This document shows, piece after piece, positions 1 to 8,647 of a DNA stretch of 64,000 bases (its first letter is position 1; the number at the start of each line of letters is the position of its first letter). Below the pieces are notes generated by a model that saw only the letters and a program-made list of their open reading frames with translations, searched no databases and was not told the DNA's origin. The position numbers were made by a program, and so were the translations under genes. Source of the stretch: a virus; the IMG/VR virus record IMGVR_UViG_3300019360_000001. One strand, given 5' to 3'.

Positions 1-593
1 ATGAAAGATAACGATTTCAAAAGTTCTTGATCATACTTAATAATAGAACATGGCATATTAATAGAATTGTTTGCGTTTCTTGGCACAAGACTTATGCTTT
101 TAGAGCTGTCGAATAAACATATATAAATTGGCATTATAAATCTCTTGTCCATAGAGCATACGGCTTTTTGTGTAGAAATTATTTTTATTTCTTCGTCGTT
201 TAAATCTACGTTTATTGTCGTGGGTAAATCCTTTATTTTAGTTTTTGCCGCACAAACTTTAGGGAAATATACTTTTTGCTCTATTTTTAAGAAATGCTCT
301 CGGATACTTAATAGTATTGACTCATAGATTATATTCTCTAAGCTTTCACCGTTTTTTATATATTTGTCTAATTGTTTTGATTGGCCAATAAAGAAAGAAA
401 GGCCAATACTAATATTATTTTCTTCTTTGAAGGATATTATTTCATTTCCATTTGTAATTAAAAAATAAGGTTTAATTATACTAAAGTTATAGTCTGTTTC
501 TGGTTTGAAATAAAACGTCTTTATAAGACTAGAATATAAATCATTGTAAGATGTTTTGTCTGGCAATATATCTGTACAAAGGCATTTTACCAA
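1..593 (-). CDS. hypothetical protein, 3'-truncated by window edge
   Basis: Open frame from TTG at 593 (LVKCLCTDILPDK...) to position 1 without a stop, directly after the ATPase stop; not in the ORF track. Confidence 0.55.
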   Translation of the reverse strand, partial: MVKCLCTDILPDKTSYNDLYSSLIKTFYFKPETDYNFSIIKPYFLITNGNEIISFKEENNISIGLSFFIGQSKQLDKYIKNGESLENIIYESILLSIREHFLKIEQKVYFPKVCAAKTKIKDLPTTINVDLNDEEIKIISTQKAVCSMDKRFIMPIYICLFDSSKSISLVPRNANNSINMPCSIIKYDQELLKSLSF

Positions 594-604
594 AAATATA
601 TACC

Positions 605-1741
605 TTATAACAAATTAACAAGTTTTGAGTCATTATTATCTTTATTTATATCTTTACTAGTTAGTTTTACGGCATATTTATTGTTACCTAAGTAACAAAT
701 TATTTTATTTAATACCATTTTGTCTAAAGTTTTACGAAGATGGCCGAAATTTGGCATTTGCCCAGTTTTTTCACAAGTATTAGCCAATTCTTTAAAAGTC
801 ATTTCACTTTTAGATAGGGTATTATATATAATTTGCTCAAAAGAAGACATTTGCATTACATTAATATTATTAAATACTATTAAATCATCAAACATTTCAT
901 TTATTAAGGTTTGCGCACCTTTATCCGTATTTAAATTTTCTACGCCAAAAAACCTTTTAACGAACAAAAATATATCATGTGCCAACCATGCGTTCCTAAA
1001 CTGAGAACTTTCTTTATCTATTATATGTTCTGATTTTATTTCCCATTTGGATTTTAATAGAAGTATTTCATCTGGGCTTAAACTACTATAATTTTCCTTG
1101 CATAAACTTTCTTTAATTATTTGCCAGTTACATTTAGCCGATGAAGGCTCTAATATTTGTCCTATTAAGTCTTCCTTATCGCTACTATTTTTTGCTTTAA
1201 CAACAACAAATCTATCAAGCACAGCGCATATATGCTCTAATTGATTTGGTTTATTTGGGATATTGATTCCATTAGTTGCCGCCAGAACTAGGCCATTAAA
1301 TTGAACTGGTTCTATATTTCTATGTTTTGGCTTTATTATTTCGCCATTACCTATTTGTTTAAGTACATGTATATGCTGTTTAGTTTCAAGAGAAAATTCA
1401 TCAATAAAAATGATTGAGTTATTATAACATTCGAGAGTTTCGTATATACCGATTCCAGTAGAAGCTCCTGCCGAGGATATCCATCTAGCTACTTTTTGCC
1501 CATATTTATTCTCACTGCCTAGACCCAATCCTTCATAAATTGATTTTAACAATTGGGTTTTACCTGATCCTGCACGCCCTAATAATAGCACATGTCGGTT
1601 TCCATCGTGAAACACTCTTCCGATGCGGTTAAATAAGCCAGCCTTATGCTCCATGCGGGCTTTAATCGCCATAATCACCGCAAGCGGCAGACTTTTTTGG
1701 TCGCAAATTTTATTTATTTCGCCAATTAGATTAGACAGCAT
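605..1741 (-). CDS. P-loop AAA+ ATPase with C-terminal winged-helix-like tail
   Basis: Walker A GRAGSGKT, Walker B IIFIDE, AATN sensor, LDRF arginine finger. Confidence 0.75.
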   Translation of the reverse strand: MLSNLIGEINKICDQKSLPLAVIMAIKARMEHKAGLFNRIGRVFHDGNRHVLLLGRAGSGKTQLLKSIYEGLGLGSENKYGQKVARWISSAGASTGIGIYETLECYNNSIIFIDEFSLETKQHIHVLKQIGNGEIIKPKHRNIEPVQFNGLVLAATNGINIPNKPNQLEHICAVLDRFVVVKAKNSSDKEDLIGQILEPSSAKCNWQIIKESLCKENYSSLSPDEILLLKSKWEIKSEHIIDKESSQFRNAWLAHDIFLFVKRFFGVENLNTDKGAQTLINEMFDDLIVFNNINVMQMSSFEQIIYNTLSKSEMTFKELANTCEKTGQMPNFGHLRKTLDKMVLNKIICYLGNNKYAVKLTSKDINKDNNDSKLVNLL

Positions 1742-1979
1742 AATATATACCGCTCATTTTATTAATATAATAATATATGGGCAAAAATTTACGATAACAT
1801 TTCGCACAAAGAAAACAATAAGAAACATCATTTTTACAGTTTATACAAGTTCCATATGTCCATCGCCCAAACATCGCAATAGCTATATGTTGTAAACAAT
1901 CAATACATTTACAACAATACTTGCTATCGGTGTAAATATCTTCTCTAAAAATATCTCTGCAACCAGCACAAGTATTCAT
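1731..1979 (-). CDS. small Cys-rich protein, GIYY-tag family (ends SGIYYAV)
   Basis: Several CxxC pairs; C-terminal tag; paralog of 26120..26326. Confidence 0.8.
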   Translation of the reverse strand: MNTCAGCRDIFREDIYTDSKYCCKCIDCLQHIAIAMFGRWTYGTCINCKNDVSYCFLCAKCYRKFLPIYYYINKMSGIYYAV

Positions 1980-2227
1980 AATATATAGTATATACCTTTA
2001 AATTTACAACCATAATGTGTGATAGGCAAATTTTTACCATAACAAGAATTACATAAAATAGATTCATCCATTAGATCGTTGCAATTAAAACAACGATTCT
2101 CTCCCACCTTTAAATTAAACTTTATCAAATGAAGTTTACTTCGCAATAGTAAATTCCAACATTCATCACAATAGTTATCATTGTTAACTGTAATGTTGTG
2201 CCCACAAGAACAATATTTTTTATCCAC
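1976..2227 (-). CDS. small Cys-rich protein, GIYY-tag family (ends KGIYYIL)
   Basis: CxC/CxxC pairs; tag; paralog of 26323..26559. Confidence 0.8.
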   Translation of the reverse strand: MDKKYCSCGHNITVNNDNYCDECWNLLLRSKLHLIKFNLKVGENRCFNCNDLMDESILCNSCYGKNLPITHYGCKFKGIYYIL

Positions 2228-2675
2228 GAAGTTTTTTCATAGCCTTTTTAATATCTTTATCTACTTTCCTCATAGGAATATTGAAGAACTTTTCGCCCTC
2301 AACATATTTATTGTCCAAAATTATAGTAGGACATTCTAATACAACAAAAGACCATACGCAAAGATACCTTAAACCATCTTCTGAAAAAAGCATAAAAAGT
2401 GTAGGAAGATCTAATTGCATGTATTTACATTTGCGGTCTAGTATGCGCAAAGTGTCATATGCAAAATCTTCATCTGAATGTATGCTCTTTTTTACTTCAG
2501 TTTCTACATAAAACACAACATCTTTTTTATCTGATATTATTAAATCAACGCCCATTTTATTGGGGTTAACTTCTACATTAAATCCAGCATCAGACAAAAC
2601 TTTTTCGGCATATTTTTTTGCCTTAGAGTCATATTTTTTGTACAAACCTTTATCAAAAGGCTTTCTATTACACAT
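2220..2675 (-). CDS. PD-(D/E)xK nuclease-fold protein
   Basis: VDLII...VETEVKK resembles the D...ExK catalytic pattern. Confidence 0.5.
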   Translation of the reverse strand: MCNRKPFDKGLYKKYDSKAKKYAEKVLSDAGFNVEVNPNKMGVDLIISDKKDVVFYVETEVKKSIHSDEDFAYDTLRILDRKCKYMQLDLPTLFMLFSEDGLRYLCVWSFVVLECPTIILDNKYVEGEKFFNIPMRKVDKDIKKAMKKLRG

Positions 2676-3385
2676 TTTAATCCTGTGAACTTGGAGATCT
2701 CTCAGCCAGATCTTTTGCCAACTTTGCCTTAAAACCTTCTGTATAATAAGATTTATGGATTTTAACTTTCGTACTAGAATGTATATAAACAGCTACTACA
2801 AAAGATATACATACAACAATTGCTACAACTCCAAATATAAGATAATCACTATTAAGCATATTAATCTATCCTAACTACGTTTTATTAAAATGCAACATAT
2901 CAGTTTGCATTATAAATTATACCATCGCCAATTTGATACCAAAATCCTCTAGGACCTCTTTTTACAGGAATTTCCCGTCCAGACAAACGAGCAATTCCAG
3001 GAGTTTTTATCTTTGCAGAAACTCCATTATCTAAACGATAATATTCAATTAGCCTTTGTGTAGCTATCCTAATATTTTTATTCTTATGAACAATTCCTTT
3101 AAAATCAACCAAAGATGCATTTTTAAATCGCATAGTTATTCTTCCTTTAAAAAATCTATTTCGTTAAAACAACCAAAACAAATATTTTGTTCCAAATCAT
3201 CAATTTCAAACCATTCTCCACAAGAAGAACATTTGTCTAATGACGGAACTTTTTCATCTTTTTCTGCCTCCTTTTCTATTTTCGTGCCTAATTTTATGTC
3301 TTCTACTTTTGGCATTCTGTATGGCCTTGTTCTCTTGCCACTTGCATCATCTCTATGTTTTCTTAATGACACTATTATTAAATCC

Positions 3386-3637
3386 TTAAATATCACCATT
3401 TTTTAGAATGGCTAAATCTTCCCTGGGATCAAGATATCTTCGTCTAAATTCATCTGCGGCATGTGCAGCAGCATAAACACAATTATGCAGTTCTGTATAT
3501 TTTTGCTCTCGGTTTGACATATATATTTTCATTAATAGAAATATACAATACTCAAGATCGCCTTTAGACGCAATCTCTGTTAATTGTGACATGGCTTGAT
3601 TATATTTCGCCCTGTCTTGTTGTGTTATATATGGCAT
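3386..3637 (-). CDS. conserved small phage hypothetical protein (MPYI...GDLEY...EFRRRYLDPRED)
   Basis: Pattern recurrent in large phages; start moved to MPYITQ. Confidence 0.55.
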   Translation of the reverse strand: MPYITQQDRAKYNQAMSQLTEIASKGDLEYCIFLLMKIYMSNREQKYTELHNCVYAAAHAADEFRRRYLDPREDLAILKNGDI

Positions 3638-4042
3638 TACTACTCCTGATATTCTATTTTTTGGCAAACGATATTACGCTTTTTTAACTCCTTGATAGCC
3701 CTGGACAAAGAAATCTTACAGCCAATAGATTTATTAAACTGATCTTTAATAGAACAAAAGGAAAAACCTTCTGTGATAAGTTCTTTTTTATCATTTACAA
3801 TTCTACATTTAGTTAAGGCAATAGCATCAACAACAAAAAGTCTTGGTATTACTAATCTATTAATTACAAAATAACTATTTGGATGCCTTAAATAGTCCTT
3901 AACTTGACCAGACTCATAGGCTTTAATTTTATGCTCTGACAAAATATTATAAAAATCATCATGTATATCTTCTCTAAAGTGAGAAAATAAAGCCCTAAAC
4001 TTTTCTCCTGTTTCCGTCACAATAAAAGTCCTCATTAAAACT

Positions 4043-4357
4043 TTACCTCCTGTAATAAATTCCTTTGTACCTATAACTTGCATTTCTTGCCAATATTTTA
4101 ACAAAATTATCTTCTGGCAAGTCTTTTGTTCTATTTTCTATTTCTTCTTTTATATAACCATAAATAAAATGGTATTTATCAATATAAATATGAAAATGTA
4201 AGTGATAAAAAGGACCCCTATGTATTTTATCTCTTGTGTTTAAGAGATGTGAAAGTTTCATATCAATAAGAAGAATTTTTTTGCCATCTTTTGTTATCCA
4301 GAATCTTTCATTAAGGGCCGATTGTTTTAGTTCTGTTAGATATAGATGTCGTGTCAT
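4043..4357 (-). CDS. hypothetical protein, GIYY-tag family (ends KGIYYRR)
   Basis: Non-Cys-rich body with the C-terminal tag. Confidence 0.75.
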   Translation of the reverse strand: MTRHLYLTELKQSALNERFWITKDGKKILLIDMKLSHLLNTRDKIHRGPFYHLHFHIYIDKYHFIYGYIKEEIENRTKDLPEDNFVKILARNASYRYKGIYYRR

Positions 4358-4358
4358 T

Positions 4359-4925
4359 TTAAAACCTATATTCTATTCCCAGTGACACAACATCGGTATT
4401 TATACCACGATTTGGTCTTGGACTACCAAATATAGAACTTCCATTTGAAAAATGCCAAACTTCATATTGCGCAAAAATAGATGTGTTTTCACTTGTTTTT
4501 AGTCCAATTCCAGGCCCTGCGCCTAAAACAAATCCCCAGTTTGTTGCTTGTTCATTAGGCTTATGATCAAAATAATGAAATCCTGCTTTTAGCGAAAAAT
4601 ACAGTTCAAAACTTTTTATTGGATATATAATTCTTGGTTTTAGGTCCAGTCCAGTTCCTATACAATCTTGTCCATTTATAGTTTGTGCTCCGCTTATTCC
4701 CAAACCAACAGCAGTTTCTATATTTTTAACTTTAAAAACTTTTGTCTCGATATAACTTGATTCATGAACTATATCTACTGGATTGCCTTTGCCGTTTCTT
4801 ATAATAGTCTTAGAAATAAAAATAGGTTTTCCAATTCCTACTTCTGTGCGACTATAGTTTTTAACTAGAAAATCTTTGTGACATCCAGATAAAAAAATAA
4901 GAAGATATATAAATTTAACTTTCAT
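4359..4925 (-). CDS. PagL-like (lipid A 3-O-deacylase family) outer-membrane beta-barrel with lipobox
   Basis: Signal peptide MKVKFIYLLIFLSG-C; amphipathic strands; WHFSNG...PNRGIN motif; C-terminal beta-signal LGIEYRF. Confidence 0.65.
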   Translation of the reverse strand: MKVKFIYLLIFLSGCHKDFLVKNYSRTEVGIGKPIFISKTIIRNGKGNPVDIVHESSYIETKVFKVKNIETAVGLGISGAQTINGQDCIGTGLDLKPRIIYPIKSFELYFSLKAGFHYFDHKPNEQATNWGFVLGAGPGIGLKTSENTSIFAQYEVWHFSNGSSIFGSPRPNRGINTDVVSLGIEYRF

Positions 4926-5194
4926 TTTTAATACCACCATTTTGGACTGTTTTCTTTCTGTTAACATAAATATCTACATTTCTATCGTTTAAATCTTTAA
5001 ACCAAGACTCAATAGAATCAAATTTCTCTGTCTTTAATGCTTTTATGTGTTTTGCCATTTCAACTGACTTATCATTAAATAATGAAAATATTGAAGGCGA
5101 AACATATGCAATTCCTAATTTGGCCACAATAAATATATATTTTGTATTATTAAGCAAATCTAAAGCTTTTACAGGATATTGTTTACTTCCCTCT

Positions 5195-5506
5195 TTAATT
5201 GTGTGCATTAATTTTCTCCTTTGCCAATTTAGAATTAACACTTTTAATGTCAAAATCATTCCAAGAATAAATATTTATATTATTTCTGGTTTTGCCTGTG
5301 TTAATCACCCCAACCCCTTTTAAGGTGTTTATACATCTTATTGTCGTTAACCTTTTTATGTTTGTCGCTTGACAAATATCTTTTATTGTAATTTCAGAAG
5401 ATTGATTATAATTTCCGGTCCTAGAAAACAAAAATATCATAATTCTAAGTGTTGATCCGGTAAATTCTAGCTTGCACCATTCCATATTAAATTTTGCAAA
5501 CGTCAT
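5195..5506 (-). CDS. winged-helix DNA-binding protein, replication-initiator-N-terminus-like
   Basis: ITIKDICQATNIKRLTTIRCINTLKGVGVI HTH; four palindromic repeats directly upstream. Confidence 0.6.
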   Translation of the reverse strand: MTFAKFNMEWCKLEFTGSTLRIMIFLFSRTGNYNQSSEITIKDICQATNIKRLTTIRCINTLKGVGVINTGKTRNNINIYSWNDFDIKSVNSKLAKEKINAHN

Positions 5507-5560
5507 AAAATCCTTAAATTTTTTACATATTTCTGAAAATTTCCAAAGGTTAAACAAGTG

Positions 5561-5644
5561 GTATCAAAAATGATACTAGGAAGGTATCAAAAATGATACT
5601 GCCTAAGTATCATCCATGATACCAAGTAGTATCATCCGTGATAC
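5561..5644. repeat. four phased palindromes GTATCA-N4-TGATAC (iteron/operator array)
   Basis: Copies at 5561, 5584, 5607, 5629; spacing 23/23/22 bp. Confidence 0.9.
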
Positions 5645-5910
5645 CCCCTGTTTCCATAAGTCTAATTATAATTAATAGTTACGGGAAAAATCTACATCTA
5701 TAATGTCTGAATATCTATATTAATGCCGGAAGGCCTTTTCCCTTATAAACAAAGGACTTAGGTTTTTGCATCATGCAGTTACCTTGCTTTATTTATTAAA
5801 ATAATAGCTTCTACAGGGCAATCCTCTAAAATCGCTAAATAATCGCACCGTTGGGCGCCTACGGCCACCCGTTGCCTTGTTTTTAGCTGAGTTAACCCAC
5901 ATCATTTCTT

Positions 5911-6168
5911 CTACAGTCTAAAATATAGGTTTTTTAACTTGTTTGGCTTATAATATTTACTACATTCAATACATAGATAGTCTGTACGTTCCCCTCCGTA
6001 GTATGAATGGGTGTCGTTATCACATTTTTGATTAGCACACTTGTAATGTTTTTTTGAATTTTCAACCTTATCCTTATAATTTTGTCTGATTAAAATATAA
6101 CATTCATAACAATATTTGTAATCATTTCTATTCAAAAAATTACCACAAAGACATTTTCTATCTGGCAT
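5911..6168 (-). CDS. small Cys-rich protein, GIYY-tag family (ends KNLYFRL)
   Basis: Start MPDRKC embedded in the TATTATG of the upstream tag. Confidence 0.75.
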   Translation of the reverse strand: MPDRKCLCGNFLNRNDYKYCYECYILIRQNYKDKVENSKKHYKCANQKCDNDTHSYYGGERTDYLCIECSKYYKPNKLKNLYFRL

Positions 6169-6391
6169 AATAAATACCACTTGTTGTGTCACGACCCATT
6201 ATTATCAAAGATCTATTATTAATCCATCGTAACAAAGAAGGCATATTATATACATAACGTCCATTGATGTATATTTCTTCTTTATATATTTTAGTTATTT
6301 CTCCTGTATATAGAAAAGATCTATGTGTTTTTATGTTTAATTTTATTATATCACCAATTTGTATATCATCAGCACTATAAATTTTTGCCAT
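6158..6391 (-). CDS. small SH3-like beta protein, GIYY-tag family (ends SGIYYAR)
   Basis: IQIGDII...GEITKI pattern plus tag. Confidence 0.75.
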   Translation of the reverse strand: MAKIYSADDIQIGDIIKLNIKTHRSFLYTGEITKIYKEEIYINGRYVYNMPSLLRWINNRSLIIMGRDTTSGIYYAR

Positions 6392-6395
6392 TAAA

Positions 6396-6638
6396 TTAAA
6401 GCCTGTAATAAATATCTTTTATTTGTTTTTTTATTATATTTTCTATTTCTTTAACAGTTGATTTTTTGTCCATACATAATAAAAGACTGTTTAGTGATTT
6501 ATGCCCACAAACCAAACATAATTTTTTAGAAAAATCGTAATTAATTAACGAAGCAAGGTTATATAAATCTATAAAATAATAATGACAATATGTGCCGTGG
6601 TGCCATTTAGTTTCTTTGACACAATTACATTTACTCAT
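6396..6638 (-). CDS. small Cys-rich protein, GIYY-tag family (ends KDIYYRL)
   Basis: CxC/CxxC plus tag. Confidence 0.75.
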   Translation of the reverse strand: MSKCNCVKETKWHHGTYCHYYFIDLYNLASLINYDFSKKLCLVCGHKSLNSLLLCMDKKSTVKEIENIIKKQIKDIYYRL

Positions 6639-6886
6639 TTAAAGAAATAAATACCTGAAACTTCTTTAATAATTGATTCTTTTATTTTTACTAAAGAAGG
6701 AGCTGTCTCAAAACAAGCGTGACAAATTAATCTAAAATCTTGTTTTCTACAGAAGATACAATTTTTACGTACTCCCATCCAGCCATGATCTGCATATAGC
6801 AAAGGATATATTTCTTTCCAACAGTCTTCGCAATAATAACTTGTTTTGTTTTTATTTTTATTACACGAACATATATTTTTATTCAT
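6635..6886 (-). CDS. small Cys-rich protein, GIYY-tag family (ends SGIYFFK)
   Basis: CxC plus three CxxC plus tag. Confidence 0.78.
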   Translation of the reverse strand: MNKNICSCNKNKNKTSYYCEDCWKEIYPLLYADHGWMGVRKNCIFCRKQDFRLICHACFETAPSLVKIKESIIKEVSGIYFFK

Positions 6887-7107
6887 AGAAGATAATAAAG
6901 GTCAACGAGCCTGTACTTATTAGTTAATTTTTTAGCTGGAATTTTTAAAGCATAACATTTGTCGCACAGTACAGCCTTAACAACAATTGAAGTTCTACAA
7001 TTTATACATATTCTCTGTAATGTATGTTCGGCATGTTTTTCTATCATCTTCCAGCAATCTACACAATAGACACAACCACGTTTTTCACATTCTTCACATG
7101 TATTCAT
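6883..7107 (-). CDS. small Cys-rich protein, GIYY-tag family (ends VDLYYLL)
   Basis: Four CxxC plus tag. Confidence 0.78.
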   Translation of the reverse strand: MNTCEECEKRGCVYCVDCWKMIEKHAEHTLQRICINCRTSIVVKAVLCDKCYALKIPAKKLTNKYRLVDLYYLL

Positions 7108-7319
7108 GGTCTGACTAATTGTCTCCTCTTGCCTTTTTGGTCTTCTAGTAGTATTTTATTACCATTCTGCTCTTCTTTATAAAGGAACAATTCTCGTTCT
7201 AATAAACGTCGGATAGTTGTGGTTACGGTAGAGCCATACTTTTTCGAGATGTCTTCTATTTGGTCGATTATCCATTCGGGAATTCTGACGGATATTGTTA
7301 CGATTTTTTCTTTTGTCAT
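7104..7319 (-). CDS. ribbon-helix-helix (CopG-like) DNA-binding protein
   Basis: VTISVRIPE...IEDISKKYGSTVTTTIRRLLE is a typical RHH pattern. Confidence 0.7.
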   Translation of the reverse strand: MTKEKIVTISVRIPEWIIDQIEDISKKYGSTVTTTIRRLLERELFLYKEEQNGNKILLEDQKGKRRQLVRP

Positions 7320-7335
7320 AAAATTGATCTTTAAT

Positions 7336-7602
7336 TTATAGCCTGAAATATAATCCGTTGTATTGATTGAATATTATAAGTTTCATATTTCTTATTGTTA
7401 ATTTTCTATTATAACACTTTTTACAAAAATAAACATCGACATATGATTTTAAAAACACATGTTCAATCTCAACACGACATAAAATACATGTTTTGTAATC
7501 AATAAATTCCAGGTTTTTATCAATAAAATCTAAAAGTTCATCTATGCAAACGTTGCAATAAATATTTTCGATAGCTATATCTTGGCAAAAACATTTGCTC
7601 AT
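7336..7602 (-). CDS. small Cys-rich protein, GIYY-tag family (ends NGLYFRL)
   Basis: CxC plus three CxxC plus tag. Confidence 0.78.
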   Translation of the reverse strand: MSKCFCQDIAIENIYCNVCIDELLDFIDKNLEFIDYKTCILCRVEIEHVFLKSYVDVYFCKKCYNRKLTIRNMKLIIFNQYNGLYFRL

Positions 7603-7862
7603 AATAGATAATAAATGTCATTTAACTTTTTTGTTATTTTTGATATAATTTCTTCACTCGTCATTTTTTGAGCAATACATTTTTCGCATAATACTAAGTT
7701 GTCAATTGATTTATATTTTTTGTCGCCACAAACACAACATCCGTTGCTAATTCCCTCAAATGAATAACAAGCTGATTGTATTTCTGTAACGCATATTTTA
7801 CATAAACCCAATCCGTCAATAATTGAACTTCTTTCGCATGGACATGGAAAATCAGATAACAT
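7599..7862 (-). CDS. small Cys-rich protein, GIYY-tag family (ends NDIYYLL)
   Basis: CxC plus three CxxC plus tag; ATG inside the upstream tag. Confidence 0.78.
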   Translation of the reverse strand: MLSDFPCPCERSSIIDGLGLCKICVTEIQSACYSFEGISNGCCVCGDKKYKSIDNLVLCEKCIAQKMTSEEIISKITKKLNDIYYLL

Positions 7863-8105
7863 AATAAATTCCATGCATTTTTAAACTATAAGATTCTAAA
7901 ATTTCATTTGTAGAAAGATTTTTTAGCATACATTTTGCACAAAATATTCACAATATTTCAAATGATCATCTAAAGAAATTTTACAAACTAAGCATTTATT
8001 TTTAATATTACTTTTTAAAATAAAATTGTCTAGAATTGACATACATTTTTTACAATAAATATATTTAAATCTATTGGTATTTACTACGCAAGTACAAAAA
8101 CTCAT
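7852..8105 (-). pseudogene. frameshifted Cys-rich GIYY-tag family gene
   Basis: MSFCTC... frame stops at 7923, but a shifted frame continues CAKCMLKNLSTNEILESYSLKMHGIYYVI* to 7852. Confidence 0.7.
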
Positions 8106-8182
8106 AATAAATAGTAAATACATTGTTCATGATAATAACTTGAACATTCTTTTTTACAAATAAAGCACATAGTATTTTTCAT
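8102..8182 (-). CDS. 26-aa mini-protein MKNTMCFICKKECSSYYHEQCIYYLL, tag family
   Basis: ATGA overlaps at both ends; ends IYYLL; below the ORF-track cutoff. Confidence 0.6.
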   Translation of the reverse strand: MKNTMCFICKKECSSYYHEQCIYYLL

Positions 8183-8400
8183 AAGATGTAATATACTCCC
8201 TGTGTCTTATTTCTGGCATTTTCTAGTAATTTTGCGGTTTTAATCTCTGATGAATATTGCCAAAAATTATCACAACATGTAATGCACATTTTCTGTATTT
8301 CATTGTTTAATACAAAACTGCAATATTTTATGACGTTTGTATAACAAAAAAAACATTTTCCTTCATCGCTAATATTATGACCAGTATGTCTATTTAGCAT
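8179..8400 (-). CDS. small Cys-rich protein, GIYY-tag family (ends QGVYYIL)
   Basis: CxxC pairs plus tag. Confidence 0.78.
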   Translation of the reverse strand: MLNRHTGHNISDEGKCFFCYTNVIKYCSFVLNNEIQKMCITCCDNFWQYSSEIKTAKLLENARNKTQGVYYIL

Positions 8401-8647
8401 AATATAACCCGGACATAAAAGTATTTTTTCTTTTTATGATATCTTCAATTGTCCAAGATAGTTTAATACATTTATCTATACATTTTTCACACATATAGTT
8501 ATAAAATTGATTGGCTTCGTGAAGACATAGTGAACATATTGGATCCTTTGGATCTAAAATACTTGTTAGATGTTTCCAACAACCTGTACAAAAAGGATAA
8601 TCCCATGTATAGGGAATGTTAATTTTACAATTGTTGCATTTATTCAT
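8390..8647 (-). CDS. small Cys-rich protein, GIYY-tag family (ends SGLYYAK)
   Basis: Four CxxC plus tag; ATGA-coupled to the VWA gene. Confidence 0.78.
   Translation of the reverse strand: MNKCNNCKINIPYTWDYPFCTGCWKHLTSILDPKDPICSLCLHEANQFYNYMCEKCIDKCIKLSWTIEDIIKRKNTFMSGLYYAK

Noticed and set aside
2900-3133. ORF ending GIIYNAN as a tag-family member
   Set aside because: Register and residues deviate from the motif; not counted.
5561-5644. CRISPR array
   Set aside because: Repeats are 16 bp with 6-7 bp gaps, too short for spacers; no cas genes.
5911-8647. Diversity-generating retroelement or integron behind the variable small genes
   Set aside because: No reverse transcriptase, template/variable repeat pair, integrase or attC-like hairpins in this window; genes overlap directly.
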